Source of the DNA: Enterobacterales bacterium
Lineage (GTDB): Bacteria > Pseudomonadota > Gammaproteobacteria > Enterobacterales > GCA-002770795
DNA length: 64,000 nt
Assembly (NCBI GenBank): GCA_041556195.1
Contig: JBFFIY010000001.1
Location: 31,877-95,876 of the forward strand
Direction: 5' to 3'
The notes under the pieces are model-generated. The model was not told where the DNA came from, searched no databases, and was given only the letters and a program-made list of their open reading frames with translations. Both the position numbers and the translations under genes were made by a program. Shown here in pieces: positions 59,348 through 64,000 of this stretch; position 1 is the first letter of the stretch; each line of letters starts with the position of its first letter.

Positions 59348-59635
59348 ACAAGCAACATTTAATGAGTTGATACGTCAGTAACATGTTTCGTAGTAATTAA
59401 CACCATTTTATGCTTATAAGGAAAGAACATGGCGCCAGATTTTACAAAAATAGGACGTTTTGACCGTTCATTTATAGTAGTTATGATCAGGGATTTTTTC
59501 CTGGTCTTATTGGCTGTCGTATTGTTTGAACTGGGCCTGCGATTTGTCATAGTTCTCTATGAATTTAACTATCCTCAGCAAAAAGAAACTGCACAGGTGG
59601 CCGAAGACCTGGCTGTTGATGTAGTTAACATTATG
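59348..59635 (+). repeat. Direct repeat, copy 2 (native promoter and 5' end of the HAMP gene)
   Basis: Partner of 54912-55199. Confidence 0.9.
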
Positions 59636-60652
59636 CGTAATAAGGGCGGACCGGTAGCCTCTAGTACATTTTACCCAATATTGAAAAAAAATCACGAAGC
59701 TATAGGTTATGAAGTTTCCATAGAACCGTCGGACGAAACCGTATCATCCATAGAAAAAATATTTAGTTTTACCCCAAGAGGTATTCCAGCCGAATGGTCT
59801 ATAGGCAAATTTCATGAAGAAACCGTTGAAATACGTGCGGATAAATTTTGTTTATCTTGTCACATTGATGCTAAATTAGGTGCTGTTTTAGGAAAAATAA
59901 AAGTTAGAAGTTACCTAAGCCATCATCTTGAGAGTTGGTGGGCCGAAGTGGGTTTAACCGCTGTATTAGGTTTGGGTAAAATATTATTTCATACCACCAT
60001 TTTATTCTTTTTATTAAAAGTTAGAATGGAACCCATGTTATCTTTACGTTCAGTGGTGGCATCCCTGGCAAAAGCAGGGGCAGATCTACATCATCGTGCT
60101 ACATTAAGATCTGAAGATGAGTTTTCCGAACTTGCCCGTGACTTAAATCACTTCCTTGATCGTTTGTGTTTAATATTGGAAGATGTTGGTAACGTATTAG
60201 AAAAAATTACAGTGTTAAATTTACGATTAACTCAGGTTAACTCTCAAATAGAAAATAAATTTGAAGTTATTCAGGGGTTATCTCAACAAGCAAACAAAGT
60301 GATGTTTGAAGGAAACACGCGTTTACCTCTGTTATCGTTTGAGTGGAAAAATTCAATGCAATTGGCGTTAACTATGTTAAAAAATTCAATAGATGATCCT
60401 GAAAAACTTGTAGAATTTGATATTAAAATGGAACAAATCTGGCAGCAGTTTGACGCAACAGCAGCTCAACTGCAAAATTTGAATCAGAGCCACAATAAAG
60501 CGAGTGAAGGGTTAACTCATATGAATTCAGAGTTACATGATTTTGAGCATTACCTGACAGAAATGAGTCATCTTGAAGAAAAAATGGAAAATATTTCTGA
60601 GCAGGGACAAAAATTAATCAATAGGTTAACTGGAAAATCAATTGAGTCATAA
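59429..60652 (+). CDS. Membrane protein with a CxxCH-containing periplasmic loop, HAMP domain and C-terminal coiled coil
   Basis: TM1 FFLVLLAVVLFELGLRFVIVL. FCLSCHIDA (CxxCH). TM2 LTAVLGLGKILFHTTILFFLL. HAMP-like MEPMLSLRSVV...EDEFSELARDLNHFLDRL. Confidence 0.65.
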   Translation: MAPDFTKIGRFDRSFIVVMIRDFFLVLLAVVLFELGLRFVIVLYEFNYPQQKETAQVAEDLAVDVVNIMRNKGGPVASSTFYPILKKNHEAIGYEVSIEPSDETVSSIEKIFSFTPRGIPAEWSIGKFHEETVEIRADKFCLSCHIDAKLGAVLGKIKVRSYLSHHLESWWAEVGLTAVLGLGKILFHTTILFFLLKVRMEPMLSLRSVVASLAKAGADLHHRATLRSEDEFSELARDLNHFLDRLCLILEDVGNVLEKITVLNLRLTQVNSQIENKFEVIQGLSQQANKVMFEGNTRLPLLSFEWKNSMQLALTMLKNSIDDPEKLVEFDIKMEQIWQQFDATAAQLQNLNQSHNKASEGLTHMNSELHDFEHYLTEMSHLEEKMENISEQGQKLINRLTGKSIES

Positions 60653-60704
60653 AATTCCTCAGCCGTAGAAGTGTATAAAAAATAATAATAACAATAGGAC
60701 CGTC

Positions 60705-61979
60705 ATGAATTCAGTTAAAGAATGTGAATTAGAATATGCCAGAGATCTGGATCAAAGAGATCCGCTGGCCCATTTTAGAGATAAGTTTGTTAATGGCGAT
60801 CAGGAGCTTATTTATCTTGATGGTAACTCATTGGGGCGGCTGCCCAGGAATACCAACGAAAGATTAAAACAGGTCATTGAAAAAGAATGGGGTGAACGGC
60901 TTATTCGTTCCTGGAACGAGAATTGGTTTGCAGCGCCTGAACGTATTGGTGGAAAAATTGCCGAACTGTTAGGCGCTAAACAATCAGAAGTGATTATTGC
61001 CGATTCCACATCGGTTAATCTATATAAACTTGGGTTAGCAGCAATCAACAAACAATCTACACGCACTAAAGTGATCACAGATAACATTAACTTCCCATCA
61101 GATATCTATATTTTGCAGGGAATTATAAAACTGGCCGACAGAGATTGTAGCCTTGAAATTATAGAGTCAGAGGATGGTATTCACGGCCCACAGCAACAAA
61201 TAATAGATGCTATTGATGAGGAAACAGCTTTCGTTTGTCTGACTCATACCGCATTTAAAAGTAGTTACACTTACGATATTGAATTAATCACCAGAAAAGC
61301 CCATGAAATGGGTGCTATGGTACTTTGGGACTTGAGTCATTCAGTAGGTGCTGTTCCCGTTGATTTGCAGAAAGCTAATGTTGATCTTGCAGTAGGGTGT
61401 ACCTATAAATATTTAAATGGTGGTCCAGGTGCTCCAGCATTTTTATATGTTCGAGAAGATCTGCAGGAAGAATTAAGCAATCCGGTATCTGGTTGGATGG
61501 GACAGAAAAACCTGTTTGAGTTTGGACTAAATTATGAATCTGAAAAAGGAATAAGGCGATTTTTGACGGGAACACCTCCGATTTTATCATTATGTGCCAT
61601 TGAACCAGGACTCGATTTAATTCGAGAAGCAGGTATGATGAGAATTCGACAAAAATCGGTTGAACTGAGTGAATACCTGATTAAGCTGTGGCAGCATTAT
61701 CTTGAGCCATTAGGGTTCAGGCTTAACTCACCATTAGAAATCGATAACAGAGGCCCTCATATCTCTCTGGGACATGATTGTGCTCATCAAATCGACCTTG
61801 CTCTTATACAAGAGAAGAATGTGCTGCCAGATTTCCGTGCACCTGATAATATACGCTTAGGTATTCCACCCTTGTATACTTCATTTGAAGATGTATATAA
61901 AGCTGTTCGAGCATTTGAACAGGTAGTCAGGGAAGAACGATTTGTGAAATACAAACTAGGTAGCTCAATTGTAACTTAA
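60705..61979 (+). CDS. kynU: Kynureninase
   Basis: LDQRDPLAHFRDKF..IYLDGNSLGRLP start. PLP-lysine region CTYKYLNGGPGAPAFLYV. 424 aa. Confidence 0.88.
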   Translation: MNSVKECELEYARDLDQRDPLAHFRDKFVNGDQELIYLDGNSLGRLPRNTNERLKQVIEKEWGERLIRSWNENWFAAPERIGGKIAELLGAKQSEVIIADSTSVNLYKLGLAAINKQSTRTKVITDNINFPSDIYILQGIIKLADRDCSLEIIESEDGIHGPQQQIIDAIDEETAFVCLTHTAFKSSYTYDIELITRKAHEMGAMVLWDLSHSVGAVPVDLQKANVDLAVGCTYKYLNGGPGAPAFLYVREDLQEELSNPVSGWMGQKNLFEFGLNYESEKGIRRFLTGTPPILSLCAIEPGLDLIREAGMMRIRQKSVELSEYLIKLWQHYLEPLGFRLNSPLEIDNRGPHISLGHDCAHQIDLALIQEKNVLPDFRAPDNIRLGIPPLYTSFEDVYKAVRAFEQVVREERFVKYKLGSSIVT

Positions 61980-61989
61980 CGGATCTCAA

Positions 61990-62302
61990 GTGAATCAAAC
62001 TTTAAAAACGTTCTTAACCATATACTTGATAATTTCTTATCCTCTAACCCCTTATCAATTGAGTGCGGCTAAACAGCCTGATATTTTATTGATGAGGGAG
62101 CGAGCCGAGAAGATTGATGAACTCACTCAACTGAGAGTGAAAAAATTACTGCCATCCCTGATGAAAAAATCTGATATAGACATGTGGCTGTTAATTAGTC
62201 GAGAGTATAATGCTAGAAGAAGATGCTGTTTTTGATAAAACAGGCGTATGGTATTTAGATGGCAGACAAACAGAATTTTTACTTATTAAACCAACTGAAT
62301 AA
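61990..62302 (+). pseudogene. Remnant of an M24-family (Xaa-Pro/aminopeptidase P-like) peptidase with a large internal deletion
   Basis: The N-terminal ~74 codons (signal peptide ...LMKKSDIDMWLLISREYN) are joined out of frame to a C-terminal tail (..EDAVFDKTGVWYLDGRQTEFLLIKPTE*). About 340 codons expected between them are missing. Confidence 0.6.
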
Positions 62303-62335
62303 AAAGCAGTGCCAAACAGGGTGAATCAGGAATAA

Positions 62336-62788
62336 ATGAATACTAAACAAAGTAGTGAAACCAAAGGTTTCGATTTTTCAAAAAAGCATAAAGTCTCCGT
62401 GTGGGTATCTCAGAACCCCTATGAAACAATTCCAGATGAATACTTCGAAGAAAACTTTAATCATAAAGAAACCCGTGCCACCAATCAATGGTCAGATAAT
62501 TTTAAAATGAATTATTTTAACCCGGAAAACATGGAAACCAATGGTGCACAAGAAGGTACAGTATCGATCAAACAAGCCGCTGGACAATGCTCATTTTCTT
62601 CATCATATATTGATGTATTAATGAGCAAATCGAGAAAAAAGAATCTGGAAGATGTTAGCTGGATTGTTTTGTTGTTTGAATATGAATACAGCATGAAAAC
62701 CACAGGTATAGAGAAAGATGAATACCTGACTTTCTTGGGAGCTTTTGATTATGATGAAGAAGCGGAAAATGTTTATGAAGTTGAATAA
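62336..62788 (+). CDS. Imm22-like polymorphic-toxin immunity protein (orphan)
   Basis: KVSVWVSQNPYETIPDEYFEENF...SDNFKMNYFNPENME follows the pattern I recall for Imm22 proteins (vS.W.G.f.s.eel.eY.e...f..dF.i.y.d.d..E). Confidence 0.5.
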   Translation: MNTKQSSETKGFDFSKKHKVSVWVSQNPYETIPDEYFEENFNHKETRATNQWSDNFKMNYFNPENMETNGAQEGTVSIKQAAGQCSFSSSYIDVLMSKSRKKNLEDVSWIVLLFEYEYSMKTTGIEKDEYLTFLGAFDYDEEAENVYEVE

Positions 62789-62816
62789 TGTTGAAGCTAA
62801 TATCTATTTATATTTA

Positions 62817-62950
62817 CCACGAAGGGCACGAAGAACACGAAGGTTTTTAAAGTAATAAAAAACAGATGATTTAGACAGTCAATAGAAAAAATCCCATACA
62901 ATAATATTGGTCTGGTTTATTTGTCTTCGTGTTCTTCGTGCCCTTCGTGG
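62817..62950. repeat. MITE/REP-like element: perfect 26-bp terminal inverted repeats built from cacgaag sub-repeats, 82-nt AT-rich spacer
   Basis: ccacgaagggcacgaagaacacgaag (62817-62842) is the exact reverse complement of cttcgtgttcttcgtgcccttcgtgg (62925-62950). Confidence 0.85.
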
Positions 62951-62984
62951 TGCAAATTTTCTTAAATAAAATCAGGGTTAGGTT

Positions 62985-63218
62985 ATGAATGAACATCAAT
63001 CTAAAGATCCATTACACGGCATGACTTTAGAAAAAATTGTCGCTAGTTTGTCAGAACATTATGGCTGGGAAGAGTTAGGTAGGCGTATTAAAATCGGTTG
63101 TTTTAATAGAGATCCTTCCGTTAAATCGAGCTTGAAGTTTTTAAGGAAAACGCCCTGGGCCAGGGAGAAGGTTGAGGCGTTGTTTGTTGAGATGCAAAGG
63201 GAGGTAAATGGAGAGTAG
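62985..63218 (+). CDS. DUF2132 (VF530-like) small protein
   Basis: [48 protein letters not shown] is the family signature as I recall it. Confidence 0.75.
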   Translation: MNEHQSKDPLHGMTLEKIVASLSEHYGWEELGRRIKIGCFNRDPSVKSSLKFLRKTPWAREKVEALFVEMQREVNGE

Positions 63219-63391
63219 GGGATGTTTAAGTCAGGTTTGTTTTTCCAAAAAATCTCTTATACAAAAATATTAAAGCATTTAAAGCGGCACGTTGAGTTGA
63301 CTTTGCATTTGCGTGAAATAATTGCACTGTCTAATTCATGAAAACAGCGGAATGATTCCGCATAAGTAGCTGTTAAGAGGAGGGAATAAAT

Positions 63392-63760
63392 ATGATTGAT
63401 TTTAATAATAAAGGTTTTTTTAAGCTAAAACAAAATGATGAATATGCAGATAAAATTAGTGCTCTGTAAATAGAAGGCGAATCTATCATCGATTCGTATA
63501 AATCGATGCGTGATGGAGTGATATTCACAAATAAAAGAATTATTTCAGTAAACGTTCAAGGAATTACAGGAAGTAAAAAAGATTTCACATCATTGCCGTA
63601 CAAAAATATTGTTGCATATTCCATTGAAACATCTGGAACTTTTGATCTTGATGCTGAACTTGAAATATATTTTTCATCGATTGGAAAAATAAAGTTCGAA
63701 TTTAAAGGCAATGCAGATATCGCCAATATATCGAAGCATATTTCACAACATCTATTGTAA
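63392..63760 (+). pseudogene. Bacterial PH-domain (YokE-like) protein interrupted by an in-frame TAA
   Basis: ATG 63392 (GAGGAGG SD) and track ORF 63506-63760 are in the same frame. The only break is TAA at 63467-63469 (..KISAL*IEGESIIDSYKSMRDGVIFTNKRII..). Confidence 0.6.
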
Positions 63761-64000
63761 ATTACGTTTATCTCTTAACCAGGCCATTAAACAATTACAA
63801 AGGACACACATTTTATAAAAGGTCAATCTAGCTTCAATAGTTGGTTTTATTATTTATAGATTTTTCAACCTGAAAAGTAAGAATTTGATTTGTATTGAGT
63901 GAAATAGCCGAACTTATGGCGAGAAAAAGAATAAAAAGTGATTTTATTTTTTATGTTTAAAGGGAATTGTTGGTTTCTGTTCGACTAGCCAGTATTAGTC

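Overview
This window looks like an AT-rich, marine-type gammaproteobacterial chromosome, judged from gene content only. Most of it is conserved core. It starts with the 3' part of a secreted S8 protease with a GlyGly-CTERM tail, followed by a hybrid sensor kinase/AraC regulator, a POT peptide transporter and a DUF3300 protein. Next come two translationally coupled c-di-GMP proteins, rsmF, putA, a pit/PhoU-like pair, and the conserved string folP-glmM-tpiA-secG-tRNA-Leu(GAG)-nuoABCDEFGHIJKLMN. The region directly after the nuoN terminator (about 46.0-59.3 kb) is an accessory island with no visible recombinase. The island holds (i) a HigB/RelE-like toxin with an XRE antitoxin. It also holds (ii) a three-gene RADAR-like module: a SLATT-like 2-TM protein, a 1269-aa P-loop ATPase and a 974-aa protein carrying all five adenosine-deaminase motifs. 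Finally it holds (iii) a two-gene cassette that I cannot assign to any named system: an 859-aa polytopic membrane protein plus a 296-aa protein with a HEPN-like C-terminus. Cassette (iii) is bracketed by a diverged duplication of about 290 bp covering the promoter and first ~69 codons of the downstream HAMP gene, and by a second copy of the nuoN terminator. This footprint reveals how the locus was assembled. Other observations are a ~38-nt motif present three times around the hybrid sensor gene, several inverted-repeat and tandem-heptamer elements, a candidate structured RNA, and three decayed genes. All functional calls rest on motif-level reading of the translations. No database search was run.
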